A stretch of DNA of 62,841 nucleotides, filler included, from Reclinomonas americana ATCC 50394 (Eukaryota), in NCBI GenBank assembly GCA_048213135.1. It is 9 parts of 6 records of this genome, joined end to end, with 100 filler letters (N's around TTAATTAATTAA, not from the genome) between each part and the next. Parts side by side here need not be neighbours in the genome. Positions count along the whole stretch, not along the records: positions 13,569 to 26,889 come from PS015813.1; positions 26,990 to 38,692 come from PS015814.1; 7 more parts are not named here. The stretch is one strand, 5' to 3'. The notes beneath the pieces are model-generated. The model was not told the origin of the DNA. It did not search any database and was given only the letters and a program-made list of their open reading frames with translations. Shown here piece after piece: positions 23,566 to 36,627 of this stretch. Made by a program: the position numbers and the translations under genes. Every line of letters starts with the position of its first letter. The stretch's first letter is position 1.

Positions 23566-26500
23566 ATGAGCCAGCCACGCTTGTCTGCGGGCCTCGGGCG
23601 TCGCGCAGCAGCTGAGCGGAGTGCAGGCAGTGCGGCGGCACCCAGTGTCGCGCCCTCATTAGCCACCTCTGCAGTTGAGTGTCGACCAAAGTGTGTGCCG
23701 ACCAAAGTCACTTTTGCCGTCGACCAAAGTGCCTTTTGCGTTGTATATAGGCATCGCTGGCGAGCTCGTTCAAGCGGGTGACTGCGGCGGCGGCGGCAGT
23801 GGCTCCGGCGATTCGCGGGCGTGCTCCGGCGCACAGCGACAGCGATGATGACTATGATGATGATGATGATGACGATGAGGAGGAGGAGGAGAATGTGGTG
23901 AGTGAGCCGCGACGCAGTGGAGTGGCGGCGCTGGCGGCGCCAGTGGGCATGCATCCTTCGCGCTCGACTCCGGCACTGCTGGCGCCCTCGGCTCCGCTGC
24001 GTGCGACCGTGCCACCGGCCGTGGCTGTGGCGCAGCCGCCACCGCCCGCACCTGCGGATGCGCTGTCGGATGCTTCTGGTGAGCGTGCGGTGGTGGGAGG
24101 AGACTTGTTGCGGCAGTTGCTCATGAGCTCATGTGTATTAACAGATCGAAAGGATCCGACGCGCGTCGTTCGAGCGCCGGCGACTGCGGNNNNNNNNNNN
24201 NNNNNNNNNNNNNNNNNNNNNNNNNNNNNNNNNNNNNNNNNNNNNNNNNNNNNNNNNNNNNNNNNNNNNNNNNNNNNNNNNNNNNNNNNNNNNNNNNNNN
24301 NNNNNNNNNNNNNNNNNNNNNNNNNNNNNNNNNNNNNNNNNNNNNNNNNNNNNNNNNNNNNNNNNNNNNNNNNNNNNNNNNNNNNNNNNNNNNNNNNNNN
24401 NNNNNNNNNNNNNNNNNNNNNNNNNNNNNNNNNNNNNNNNNNNNNNNNNNNNNNNNNNNNNNNNCACCGTGGGCACAGGGTGCTGCAAAGCACGGCGTGA
24501 CATTCACCTCATCCCTTTCTGTTTCAGTGAAATGCGGCACGAAGCGAGTCGGGGCGACACGGAGATTGCACGACTGCGCAAGATCCACGAGCAAGCCGAT
24601 CAGTTGCTGACACAGGTGCGGTGGGGGAAGGGAGCCAAGGCAGTCTGCCTGCTGTGGTAGTGTTGCTCACGTGGTCGCCGCAGATTCTCGGTTACCACGA
24701 GAATTTCGACGACCTCAACACTGGCATTCGCATGTTTGGCGACGTGCTGCACCAGCTGTCGTCGTACCAAGTCAAGGTCGGCGACATTAAACAGGACATG
24801 CTGCGGTGTGTGAGATGGGAACGCACGTCTTGTTGTGTGTTTGGTTTTGGATGGCGGTCTCACTGCGCGCGCGCGCGCTCCAGTGTTCGTGAGGTGCTGG
24901 CACCGAAGCGCGCCGATCTGGAGCGCCTGTGGGAGCGCTCGCTGCACTACACGCAGGCCATCAAGCTGTTTGACAAAATGTGCGTGAAGTGCATTGAACC
25001 CCCACTTCTACTGCCGCGCTGACGAGTTGCCTGCAGTGACGGACTCGCCAACGCCTCTGTCGATGTGGCCGAGGCCGTGGAGGGCAAGCACTTCTTGTAT
25101 GCCCTCCAGTTGATTGAGAACGCCGAGCGAGTACTGAAGGGCGACGACATGCGCCGCATCGAGGCGCTGCAGTCGGTGCGCGAGTCGCTCGCCAAGACCA
25201 AGGAGGTGAGGGAGTGAGCGAGTGAGTTGCGCGACGACTCGACAACTGATGCGAGGTGATGTGTGTGCAGGGATTGTACGGCTCCATCCTGTCGTGCATC
25301 CAGACACAGCTGTTCAACACTCAACGTCCGTCCGAGACCTCGGCCACGCAACCAACGGCGGAGCCTGGCGGCCACGAATCCGACGACTCAGTCGGCGACA
25401 GGTACGGCACAGACATTGTTTGCGCGATTGGTGCAGTAGAGTTGACACGTGAGAGCGGGTGCAGTGACGACGAGACTCGCGCGCCGACTACATGGCGCTT
25501 GTCGGCGACACCCGGCACGGGCGAGGAGCCTGTGGCATCTCCGTCGGCCACGTCGCCTTCCGAGTTTGACATTCCCCCGACGCCGCCGGCGTCGTCGGCC
25601 TCGTCGGCGGCCATGCTGCGTCGGCGCATTGCGCGAGCCAAGAAGAGTGCCTCTGCTCGCGCATCACAGCGCTTGCAAGTGACGCGCTCGCGTGTCAAGG
25701 CCGAAGTGCACCACCTCCTCTTTGGCTCGTTCTATCGCAAGGGACGACCAAACGATCCGTCGATGCCAGGTGAGCATTTTTCTCCGTTCGTCGTCCCTCG
25801 TGCTGTCGCTGACTCCACGGTGTTGTTGTAGCGGTGGTTGATCGACCGGAAGACGACCTGGAAAATGATCCGGATCGCCTGTACACTGTGTGTGTCGGCA
25901 CTCTGGCCCGCCTGGGCAAGCTCGGTGACATGCAGAATGCCGTGCTGCAGCGGCTGCGATACGAGATCCGCTCGACACTGGATGTGCACACGTACCAGTT
26001 CTTTTCTGGCGGTGATTCACGTCTGGCACGCGGAGGTGGCGGCAGTGGCAGTGGCAGTGGCAGTGGTGCCGACGGCGCATCGGCCATGCCACTGCTGCGA
26101 GCCAAGCCCTCTGGTGACTCGAGCGGTCGGCAAAAGGTGTGCGGTTGAAATGGATGCATTCCACAGCTCGTTGTGACACACTTACACGCCAGAGATGTGC
26201 AGGGCATGCTGGTGGAACTGTTCAGCTCGATGTTTGAGAAGCTGGAGAGGATTCTCGGCAACTTTAGCATGCTAATCGACAGCATTGCATTGCTGAGCGA
26301 CGAGCCGCGACCTTCAAGCCGGCAAGCACAGGTATGCTCTTGATTGCGTGTGTGTTTGTTTATGAGTCATGTACTTCTGACTCACGCGCATGCGGCAGTC
26401 ACGACTGGCCGCCGTCGGCGGCATGGACGTCAATCTCACTTTGGCACAATTGGAGGAGCTGCGTGCCGTCATCAGGCGCAAGATGGTCGAGTACCGCGAG

Positions 26501-29001
26501 GATCCACAGTCAAGTCGTCTGTTTGTGAAGGCTGTGGAGTTGCGTCTTGTCGTTTCGTGTTGTTGTTGTTGTCGAGTCATTGACTGAAAAAATGTTACGC
26601 GCATCGACGACAGACGCTACGTGGTCGACTTTCTCGACACACAGGCGCACAAGTACCTGGGCACACGTGGGCTCACTGGCGAGCTGTTGATTGATGTTGC
26701 GTACGCGTGCGTGCTGCGCACCGCCCCTCAATGACAAGAACTCACTGGCACGTGGGCGCAGTTCTTCTTGAGCACGCTACGCTCCGAGGCGCTCACGCAG
26801 CACCCGGCGTCGGAGATGTCGAGCGAGAGCATGGATCACACCATCCGACCGCTGATGCGCGAGTTCCGCGCCGTCATTAGCTCACTGCTNNNNNNNNNNN
26901 NNNNNNNNNNNNNNNNNNNNNNNNNNNNNNNNNTTAATTAATTAANNNNNNNNNNNNNNNNNNNNNNNNNNNNNNNNNNNNNNNNNNNNATGCAGGGCGG
27001 AGACGGATCTGTTGCGCAACTTTGTACGCAACTTTAATCAAAACACCTTCATCCCGCTGGTGAATGCCGACTACCGTGAGCGCGCGGCCGAGATTGTCAC
27101 GGATCCGTACGCGTTCAAGCCGCGTGTCACCGACCGCGACACGTACTCGGAGGCAGAGGAGTCGCGCCCGCTGTTGAATGTTGTGTGGTGCAGTTGGCAG
27201 AGTGTGATGATTTTTTTATTCAGTGGCGTGGCTGACGTGGAGGGTTGGTGTGCTGGCTGGCGCAGGGCGTTCTGTCGATTTTCAAGTTGGTGGAGGAGTT
27301 GTACGAGAGCAGCAAACGAGTGCCGCACTACGCTGCCGAGTTCCTCGGTGCCGTGGTGGTGGTGTTGAAGCGGTTCGAGGAGGAGTGCGAGAGGCAGTTT
27401 TCGAAAGTGGTCGAGGGTGCGCTGCTGCAGTGTCCGTTGAGAAGACACAACACGTGTGCATCATTCTCATCGCGCCTACGTGCACAGGCTCCTACTCGGG
27501 CAAGCTCAGCTACCGCGACGATGTGCGAGAAGCACTGGCGCGCAATCCGCTCGAGCCCTTTGTGTTCTCCAGCAGCGATGGCACCGCCGTGGGACCAGTG
27601 CCGTCGGCTCCGTCTGGGGCTGGCGATTGCGATGACGACGTTGAGCTGCCGGAAGAGGACGTGGTGGATGCGCGATCTTGGGTGTCACGGCTGCGCATTG
27701 ATCCTGCAGTTGTGTGGCAGGCGTGCATGTGTGAGTGCATGCATGTGTGTCTCGCTCATTCTTGTGACAGGAGTTGGAGGCCAGCGACAAGAGATATCAG
27801 GAGGCCATTGATCGCGAGATGCTCGCTCGCAACCACACCGACGCCACCCGCATTTTCCTGGATTCCACGCCGTTCGTGCTACTCGCCAACTTTAACGACT
27901 CACTGGTTTGTGTGGCCTCGCCAAACTTCTCCCGTTGTGCTCGTTGTTGACACAGAGTGTTCTTGTGACAGCAATGGTTGATGGCCCGCCTGGAGCGGCT
28001 GGACTTTCCCTCTCTCACACTCGATCGCATGGCGGGCGAACTTACCGATGCCGAAGGTGTGTGTGTTTGATTGTGGACTCATTCTCTCCCTCGTTCCCTC
28101 ATTGTCATGTTGTTGCTTGCAGCGAAACGAGTCGGCAGTGCATTTGGGTCGCACCATGAGCACACTGCCAGTGACCAGAGGTACGTGTGCCGAAGATGCG
28201 GGTGCGTAAAAGATGGCGCTGCTGCTCACGAACTGTGTCGTATGCAGGTTGGCAGAGGAGGCTGCTGAGCTCGACACAGTGATTGCTGCTGCACGCAAGT
28301 TGTCGCGCCGTGCCCTGCATGCGCTGAAGCTCGACATTCGTGTGCGCTGCTTCTACTTCCTCAACAACATGAAGGATGTTGCGTGCTTGTATTCCTCTCT
28401 CGCTTCCTTTACTGTTCTCTCACTCCGCACATTCTCGCAGTCGTCGTACGACATTGCGGAGGAGGTCACCATGCCGGAGAATTTCATCATCAACATGAAT
28501 CGCGACATGCTGTTCACGAGTGAGGTGCTGTCGCGATACTTGCCACCGGTCAAGATCAAGTATTTGCTGGACGGCGTTGAGCCGCTGCTGCCGTGGATTC
28601 TGATTCATGGAATTGCGCATCACGTGGAGTGTCGCTTCAACCGGAACGGCATTGCCAAGTTCCGCCGCAATCTGTTTGCGCTGCAACAGAATCTCACGAA
28701 CATTACGTTTGCGCGACCGGACTCCAACGTGCACTTTGATCGCGCCCGCAAGGTCCTCGACTTGTTGCAGCTGACCGAAACGGTGTGTGTGTGTGTGTGG
28801 ACACAAGTGTGTGACTGGTGACTGCTGTCGACTCACACCACCGACGCTGCGCAGGAACTAACCCACCTATTAATGTCGCCGTCGCACGAGGACTACACGT
28901 GCGAGGAATTCCTTATTGTGGTCAGGACCGCCACCGAATGGCGCGAGCCGCTCGGCCCCGACTATGTGCAGTTTGTCGAGGGCATATTTACCAAACAGTG
29001 A
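23566..29001 (+). CDS. SEC8: Exocyst complex component Sec8/EXOC4 (multi-exon, two gaps)
   Basis: N-terminal Sec8 region YHENFDDLNTGIRMF...REVLAPKRADLERLWERS. C-terminal ALKLDIRVRCFYFL, KIKYLLDGV, RFNRNGIAKFRRNLFALQQNLTNI, HFDRARKVLDLL. Confidence 0.9.
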
Positions 29002-29009
29002 AACACTTG

Positions 29010-30060
29010 TCAGAGTCTTTCGTGGCCTCCCTTGCCGCCGTCATCGCCGTCGTCGTCACTGGAAGAGAGCTGAATGGCGCGCCTGGGAGGTCTTGATGCG
29101 CCGGCAGACGAGGTTGCTGATAGTAATGGGGGTGGCGGTGGTGGAGGAGGAGGATCACCGTTGATACACGGGCTGGCCGGCTCCATTGTTACGTGCTTGG
29201 CGATCTGACCAAAGGTGAGTGGGAGGGCGAATTGCTGGGCGTCAAGATCAATGACGTCGGCGTCTTCGAAGGCCCGATATCTCCCGCTGTACTCGTCGTA
29301 GTACCACGTCTGCGGCGGACGAAACATCACGTGTCCGTGAGCGATAATGCTGATGTGCTCATGGTGGGAGGGAAGCGGCGCAACTTGCTGACGGTGGGCC
29401 GGGTGCAAGACGAACCACAATTGCCCGTGTTCGTTGCCTTGCGCGGCCTCAAAGGTCAGGCAGCCGAGCACACTGAATGCCGGCCCGGGGCGCTGGTGAA
29501 TGCGCAGCGGTTTGAGCACATTTGAATGGCGCATCGGCAATGAGACATACAACGCAACGTAGAGCGATGTGGAGTCGACGGACGAGCCGGTGACGTTGAG
29601 GTAGACGGTAGTCTGCCGTCCGACGGCCCTCCACACCTCGTCGCGAGTGAGTCCGGGAGCGAAGACGAGGCGGCGACGAGTTTTCGTGGCGACTGCTGCG
29701 GTGGACAGCGGCGTGTGGAACAACGGCATGTCGACACTGGTAAGCGGTGTCGCCATTGGACCGTCGCTGAGTGGCGACAGGTCCTTGGTGAGGGCGCTAC
29801 CGAGGGGGCTCGAGAGGACCGTCACCGCACCGCGGTCGCCACTCGCCGAGGGCGATCTTGTTTGCAGTTCTTGGTATCGACCCTGCCGGCGCTGCAGCGA
29901 GGCGCGTCTGCGCCGTCGGCGTCGCTTTCCCTGTTCTTCGTCGTCGTCATCGTCGTCGTCACTCGTCTGAATCTCCATACCCACGTCGTCGTCGGCACTG
30001 CTCTCCTCCAGTGAGGTCGATCTGCGGCGACGTGAATCGTCACGGATCGATTTCACAGGC
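29010..30060 (-). CDS. Hypothetical protein (long open exon; start uncertain)
   Basis: Stop-free frame with acidic/basic low-complexity N-terminus and a globular-looking block (LYVALYVSLP...LWFVLHP...WYYDEYSGRYRAF). Confidence 0.55.
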
Positions 30061-30141
30061 GGTGTACGGAAACGCACGTACCCGCGACGCGTTTTTCGTG
30101 ACCGACGGCGGGATCGTCGCTGTCGCCTGCGTCTCTCACTA

Positions 30142-30612
30142 TCAACGTCGTTGCTGGCACCACCGGGTGCTCCTCGACAGAACCATCGACACGGAGCGCA
30201 GCATACACGTGCAAATCCGCACTTTCTGCACAAGCGCAAGGTCGGCATGCGCGGGGGGAAGGTAAACGCTCATCCACTGGGAACACAACTTGATGATAAT
30301 GAGGGCGGCGATGATGCCGCCGTAAAAGGCGAACGACAGGAACACCTGGGGGATGCAACCACCAAAGGTGACACAGATGATGTTCAGGCTGTGCGACACA
30401 CGCGAGTGATGTGAGAGGCGTGGGGATGGGAGGTGGAGCGACGGAGTGGCGAAAACGCACAAGCTACACGAGCACTGCGAGTTCTGCTTGACCGTGTCCG
30501 TGTTGCTGCTCGTGTCGGTGGTGTCGCGTGCGGCCAGATGTGCTGCCAGTGTGCTCTCCGGCGACCAGAGGCACACGGCTAGTGCGACGAACAAGGCCGC
30601 AAGCGTGGACAT
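30142..30612 (-). CDS. Small secreted or membrane protein (may be the 5' part of the adjacent gene)
   Basis: Signal-like MSTLAALFVALAVCLW; hydrophobic segment FLSFAFYGGIIAALIIIKL. Confidence 0.4.
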   Translation of the reverse strand: MSTLAALFVALAVCLWSPESTLAAHLAARDTTDTSSNTDTVKQNSQCSCSLCVFATPSLHLPSPRLSHHSRVSHSLNIICVTFGGCIPQVFLSFAFYGGIIAALIIIKLCSQWMSVYLPPAHADLALVQKVRICTCMLRSVSMVLSRSTRWCQQRR

Positions 30613-30893
30613 GGGCCGTGAAGAGGCCAAGAGGGGCACCGGTACCACCGACACGCGCTTCTTCCAAGTATGGAAGGTGAAGTTGTTGCCGCTTTCCTCC
30701 CTATGTTTGTCCGTCCGAACCGAACACGTGCTCACCACTCACGACAACAGACGACCTTGATTTGCACGCAACCACAACACGATGCATTGTTGAATCAACA
30801 TTCAAAACATCAACAACAAGCAAACGTCGAGAGGAGGAGAAGGGGAGTAAAAAAACGAAAGGGCGCGCGAGAAACCCAAAAGAACGAGGACGC

Positions 30894-31156
30894 TCACTTG
30901 CCACCACCCGAGGTCGGGGCCTGGTACGAGTACTCTCCCTCGGCAGGCGGCGGCGGCGGCGGTGCGTTGTTGTACGCGAGCGCCGGCTGTGGCATCTGGT
31001 AAGGGTATCCAGGGGCGCCACCAGGCGGCGGCGGAGCAGCTGGGTAGGCGCCAGGCGGGTACATGGCAGGCGGGGGTGCGTAGTAGCCCATCGGCGGGTA
31101 CATTCCAGGTGCCGCCACGGCGAACTGCGGGGATGCGTTCACGCGCAGCTCAATCT
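30894..31156 (-). CDS. Pro/Tyr/Gly-rich exon of a gene whose other exons lie in or beyond the gap
   Basis: CAG acceptor after a long pyrimidine tract; PGMYPPMGYYAPPPAMYPPGAYP low-complexity peptide. Confidence 0.5.
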
Positions 31157-32606
31157 GCGGGTGGTGAAGGCAAAGGGTGGTGAGGGCACACAAGGGAGGG
31201 TGGAGGGCGGAAGGGGGAAGGAGAGGTGAGGTCAGAGAAAAAGAGAGAAAGAAACAGGGAGAAAGAAGAGAGATGAGCAGAAAGAGAAGGAGAGGTAGAC
31301 ACGGATTGCGACAACGAGTGAGTAAGGATCAAAGAAGTCGCACATAGATGGAGAGCAGGGGAGAAACAGAGAGGTAGAAAGAAACAAAGAGAGAGGGAAA
31401 AGAAAGAAACAGAAGGAGAAATGTGGAGAGAGGGTGAGGGGNNNNNNNNNNNNNNNNNNNNNNNNNNNNNNNNNNNNNNNNNNNNNNNNNNNNNNNNNNN
31501 NNNNNNNNNNNNNNNNNNNNNNNNNNNNNNNNNNNNNNNNNNNNNNNNNNNNNNNNNNNNNNNNNNNNNNNNNNNNNNNNNNNNNNNNNNNNNNNNNNNN
31601 NNNNNNNNNNNNNNNNNNNNNNNNNNNNNNNNNNNNNNNNNNNNNNNNNNNNNNNNNNNNNNNNNNNNNNNNNNNNNNNNNNNNNNNNNNNNNNNNNNNN
31701 NNNNNNNNNNNNNNNNNNNNNNNNNNNNNNNNNNNNNNNNNNNNNNNNNNNNNNNNNNNNNNNNNNNNNNNNNNNNNNNNNNNNNNNNNNNNNNNNNNNN
31801 NNNNNNNNNNNNNNNNNNNNNNNNNNNNNNTATACATGAGTTTGTGTGAATTTTTTGTAATGCTGCTGCATGCAGGTGTTGCGCAACGGAGTCATCTGTG
31901 AAGAAGAGAGAGCGAGTGAGTGAGAGAGTGCAAATGTGAACAAGCCGACAAATGAATAACTGCGCAACATGATGCTGCAGGAAGACTGGGTATGAGCTGT
32001 GTGAATGAATGCGTGTGTGTGTGAGAGAGAGAGAGAGAGAGGAAGGAGAGAGTGCACACACACACGAGGCAGACGCAACGAATCCCAAATGAAACCCATC
32101 CGCGCCTGCGGGCGGATAATCACGCGCTCACGAATCGACTCCTGCAAGCGCATGCACATTTTGTGAGTGAGTGAGAGAGAAAGTGAGTAAGAAGAGAGAG
32201 GAGTGTGAGACGCAACCGGATAACCCATCGCTCTCGTGTGTGCGTGCAAAGAAGAAAGTGAAATTTTTGACTGGTGCGGCAAATGCATCGGTGAAACACC
32301 GAGTCGACATCGACTCTCGCGAGGTTTTTGTGTTGGTTTCGGTGTTGGTTTCGCGATGCTGCGGTTGCGGAAGAGACGTTCTGCACTGTGGGGAAGCAGG
32401 GAACACGACACAAATCCGACAAGCATTTCTGGCATGATTCACAGGCGCAGACTTTCTGCGTTTGCAAGCTGCACTGCCATACAATATACAACAAGCACTT
32501 CTGCACATGCTCTGCAACAAAGTCGCACCATCGTGACTGCGGCTGAGTGCCGACACATACACAACCCGGTCGTGTTCGGGATTGTGTTTTCTGAACACGA
32601 CGGTCG

Positions 32607-33664
32607 TCAGTCGCCACCTCCGCCGTCGCCTCCGCCGCCGTCGCTACCACCATCACCGCCGTCGCTGTCGGTCCAACCCGACCACCAGGACGCCGGCTCC
32701 TGCGGCTCTGGTGGCGGTGGTGGGTCCTGTGAATAATCGACCTGCTCCTGCTGCTGCTGCTGCTGCTGTTGGTAGTCGTCCACTGGTGGTGGTGGTGCCG
32801 CTGGAGGTGGAGGAGCCGAAGAGCCAAACGGCATGCCGAATCCCGGGAACAGCGCATGGCCGGCCACGGCACCGACAAAGCTGCCGAGTGCCGCCGGGAA
32901 GATGAAGGAGGAGGCGGGGTTGCGACCAAACAGACTCGTGATGCTGCTCTGCGCCTCGGGCGTGAAGCCGATACATACAATCTTGAACTGGATCGGCAGC
33001 TTGCGCGCCACCAGCGACTTGATCAGGGCGTCTACCTCCTCGCGCGTGTGACGACTGGCGTTGTCCATGTCATCGGTGACCAAGTGCAACGCACTGACCA
33101 ACCTGCACTCTCCCCCTCCGTCCGTCACCAACAATCGATTGACGAGCGCGAGCGACACACGAGGGCACGCAACTTGCCAGTGCGATCACGCTCATGCGCC
33201 CGGATCAGCTGCTGCAGCGACTCATACGTGGCGTCCCACAAGGCCGTGGCCGACGCGAGATTCTGCGCCACGCTTGCCGCCTCAAAGTTGACCGTGGACA
33301 GTCGCTCGGCGGGAATCGTCTCGCGCGACAACGACGAGCCAAACAGGCGCACGGCGAATCGCAGTGGCGGCTGCTGCTGCGGCGGCCACGCCTGAGCGTA
33401 CTGCTGATAGGCCTCCGTGCACAGCTGGTGCGACGAGCGCAGTGGCTGGCCGAACATGGAGCCACTCACATCTTGCAGGTAGAGCACGTTGTTGCAGGCG
33501 GGAAGCGTGGCGGTGGTGGCGAGGGCGCCAGTGGTGGCGGAGGTGGAAAGGGCGGGGACGGTCTCTTCTTCCTCCTCCTTCTCTAGTGTGCGCACGCGGG
33601 GCACGAAACGTGAGCGGCGCACTGCGGGAGCAGCGGCGATGCGGGTTGCGCGGAGAAGAAGCAT
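32607..33664 (-). CDS. vWA (MIDAS) domain protein with mitochondrial-type presequence, two exons
   Basis: YLQDVSGSM (DxSxS), ATALWDAT and LHLVTDDMDNAS motifs. Intron 33103-33173. Arg/Ala-rich, acid-free N-terminus. Confidence 0.75.
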
Positions 33665-33955
33665 CTCTCCACGCTCCTACGTACGTATCCGCAGTCGTCG
33701 GTGGGACAACTTCGATATTCCTCGCTTAGCTGCTGGTGGTGGAGACCGTATGTGAACCACAGCTGTTCACGCAAGGAAGCCGCCGTTAGGCGACGAAAGA
33801 CACCATCTTCCGAACAAGGGGAAGGACGTCGCGCGTAGTTCATTGAGCTGTTGCCGAACAGGAGGAGGAGAGAGGCACGAGGGAAAAGGAGGAGATGATA
33901 GAGTGCGGTACGACGTCATGGTGTGGTGCGAGGAGCGGCGGAGTGTGAGGCACAC

Positions 33956-35858
33956 TTAGCAGTTGTTGTTGTTGTCGTTCTTGCTCTTGACGTACGCCAC
34001 CTGCACACACAGACGCAGCGGTCACTCGTCGGTCCCCACTCTCCACACCTCGTGTACAGCTCACCTCGTTGGTGTAGTACGTCGGCTCCACACCCCATGG
34101 GTTGTCAGTGGCCTTGGGTGGATTGTTGAGCAAGCCGTCGGTGACGAAGACGCGACCGATGCGGGCGGTGGAAGCCTGGTCGATGGCGGTCTGTACGTTG
34201 GAGAAGGTGGTGCCCGACGAGTGCAGCAGGATGGCCAGCGCATCAGGAGTGGCGGTGGGGAACCAGTACGGAAGCGAGGCGGACCGAGCAGCCCAGGTGT
34301 TGAGCCACGATTCGTGCACCACCCACGTGTCGGCCACCTTTGGGCTGGCCTTGAACTGTGCGGCTGGCACATCACCACCTGCGTATTGTGTTAGGCAGGT
34401 GGATTGTGTGTGTGAGGGGCGCGAGTTTCTGCTGGCAACTCACCAACGTTGCCAACCACATACGACAGCTTGGAGGTGGTCACAATGTGTGCGTACAGGT
34501 CGGAATAGTCTGCGTGTGCGAGGTGCTGGTGAGTTGCAACGAGGGAGCTAGCGACCTCGTAAAAGACACTTCCTTACACTTGAGAGTGGTAGCATCGCTG
34601 GCGTTGGAGAACTCGTCGACGAAGATGCCGGAGAGGCCGAGCGACTTGTACGAGCTGAGCAGGAGGTGTGAGTACGTTGATGAGCGGGTCGTGCGGTGAC
34701 GGAGCGCACGCTGCGCAACTTGGCGTAGGTGGTCACCTCGTTCTTCACGTCGGTCAGCGAGCGCGAGCCGTACTGAGCAGGTTTGTGGTGAGTGCTTCAT
34801 GTCGGAGACAAGAACAGAAATCCGGGTGGAGACACCTACCGACGAATGCACATAGCCGATCACTTGCACACCCTTGGCGACGAGCGCCTTGATGCCCGTG
34901 GTGTAGTCAGCGAAGCTGGGGTTGGTGCTGGGAATGGGGCCACTGTTGGGGTTGATAATGGCGACCGTCTTCACGCCGCTGGCGGCACCGGCAGCCACAT
35001 CGCTCCAGTACTTGCTCAGCACGCCGGTGGTGGTCGGATACACGTACAGCGGCACCAGAAGGCTGAGCGCCGGCGGGCCCAGATCGCACGTCTGCATGGA
35101 GACGTACTCCGCGCGGGCCAAGTTCGCTTGCTTGGTGGTGTCGGTGCTGGTGGCAAAGGCCGTGGCAAAGTCGTCGCCGCCGACGCGTAACTGCGTGTCA
35201 CCGATGATGGTCAGCTCAGCTGTTTCACACGTGACAAACGAGCAAGAAGCCACACCAGCTCTGCTGCTTGTTCTTGCAGTTGGTGGTGGCAGTGGTGATG
35301 GCATTGTTGCTGCACACGCAGCATGTACCAGATGTGATATGATCGTGAGCACTGTGATCACCACCAGCAAGCGGACATGGTCGGTCACCAACACGCAACT
35401 ACGTGGTCTGGCATGTGTTGAGGCATGCTGTGCGCGCAGTGCCAGTGGCTGTCGGGCACGCGGCATTGCACGCGTTGAGAGCCGTGCTGTGGTGGGAGTG
35501 GGAGTGGTGAGACACATGAGTGAGTGATCGCGTGCATTTCTCCTCTCGTTTCACTCACGTCGCCTGTGCGGTGTAATACGCGAGACACGGGCTGTTTCCG
35601 CAGGGTATGCCCGTCACCGCTGCAGTAGCGCGTGAGACACTTCGAGGGAGTCAAACGCTCTTCTCTCAACACAGGATAACCTTGTGTGCTGATGGCCTCG
35701 GGCACCACATCCGCACGAACACGCTCATCACTCTCGCCGCGCTCATCAGCCGTCGACGGGCCGCGCAGGTCATCAGCGGGTGACGCACGCGAGATCACCA
35801 TCGCACACGACAAGGCCAGCAGGGCCAGCACCAGCAGTAACAACGGTTTGATGTGCAT
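33956..35858 (-). CDS. Spherulin-4 / GH135-family secreted glycoside hydrolase (multi-exon)
   Basis: Signal peptide MHIKPLLLLVLALLALSC; LLVPLYVYP, AIINPNSGP, GVQVIGYVHSSYG, GIFVDE, NPWGVEPTYY. Confidence 0.85.
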
Positions 35859-36627
35859 CCTCTTCTCTCTCTCTGCACGCACAATAAAAGGGGAGATACA
35901 GAAGAATCACTGTTCGAACACAGACGATGACGTGATGATGGTGACTGTTGAGCGCTCTCCCGTCGCTTATACAGTCTGGCAAGTGCACCAGTTGCGTATG
36001 TGGCAGGCTTGACTGGCGGCACTGGCTGATGCACAGCAGCGGTCAAGTCAAACAAATCAAGTTGAACAGGGAGTTCGAAATTTGGTTGCGCACGCGAAAA
36101 TGCTAGCGCTGCAATCCCACGTCGTCTCCAACGCTTTGCTGCAGTGCGCACAGTTACAGAAAGTGTGCCTTTTCTCCTCCCTGACAACCTCGCGTGTCTG
36201 CTGGGGCACGTGCATGCAGGTGTGGATTGTGGTGAGACACACTCATGTCCAATTTGACGTTCAAAAACCGACAGGTGTGCACGTGCAAATGACAGAGAAA
36301 AATGCTCATCCTCACTTTACCTGTCACAACCTTCTCCTCCGCCTCAGAGTTGTTTCTCTCACCACACCACCGTCGACACGCAGCGATGGGTCGCCGATTG
36401 CAGATTTTCCGAAAAAGGAAATAAGCACTCCATCTCGAGTTCATTTTTGTGTGAAATCGCCCTTGTGGGCGCCCGTCTCTTCTTCGCACAACGTCACCAC
36501 CATGCGAGCGCACACGAGCAGATGCACCAACACTGTGTCGCAATCGGCCAATTACGCCCAATTTTGCCGCGCGCGAGCAGCACCATTGTCAGGGTTTGCC
36601 AAGCAGCATTTTTCTTCTCCTTCCACA

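Noticed and set aside
36092..36100. ACGCGAAAA E2F/MCB-like site upstream of POLE
   Set aside because: Single short match more than 500 bp from the ATG in CG-rich DNA; not distinguishable from chance
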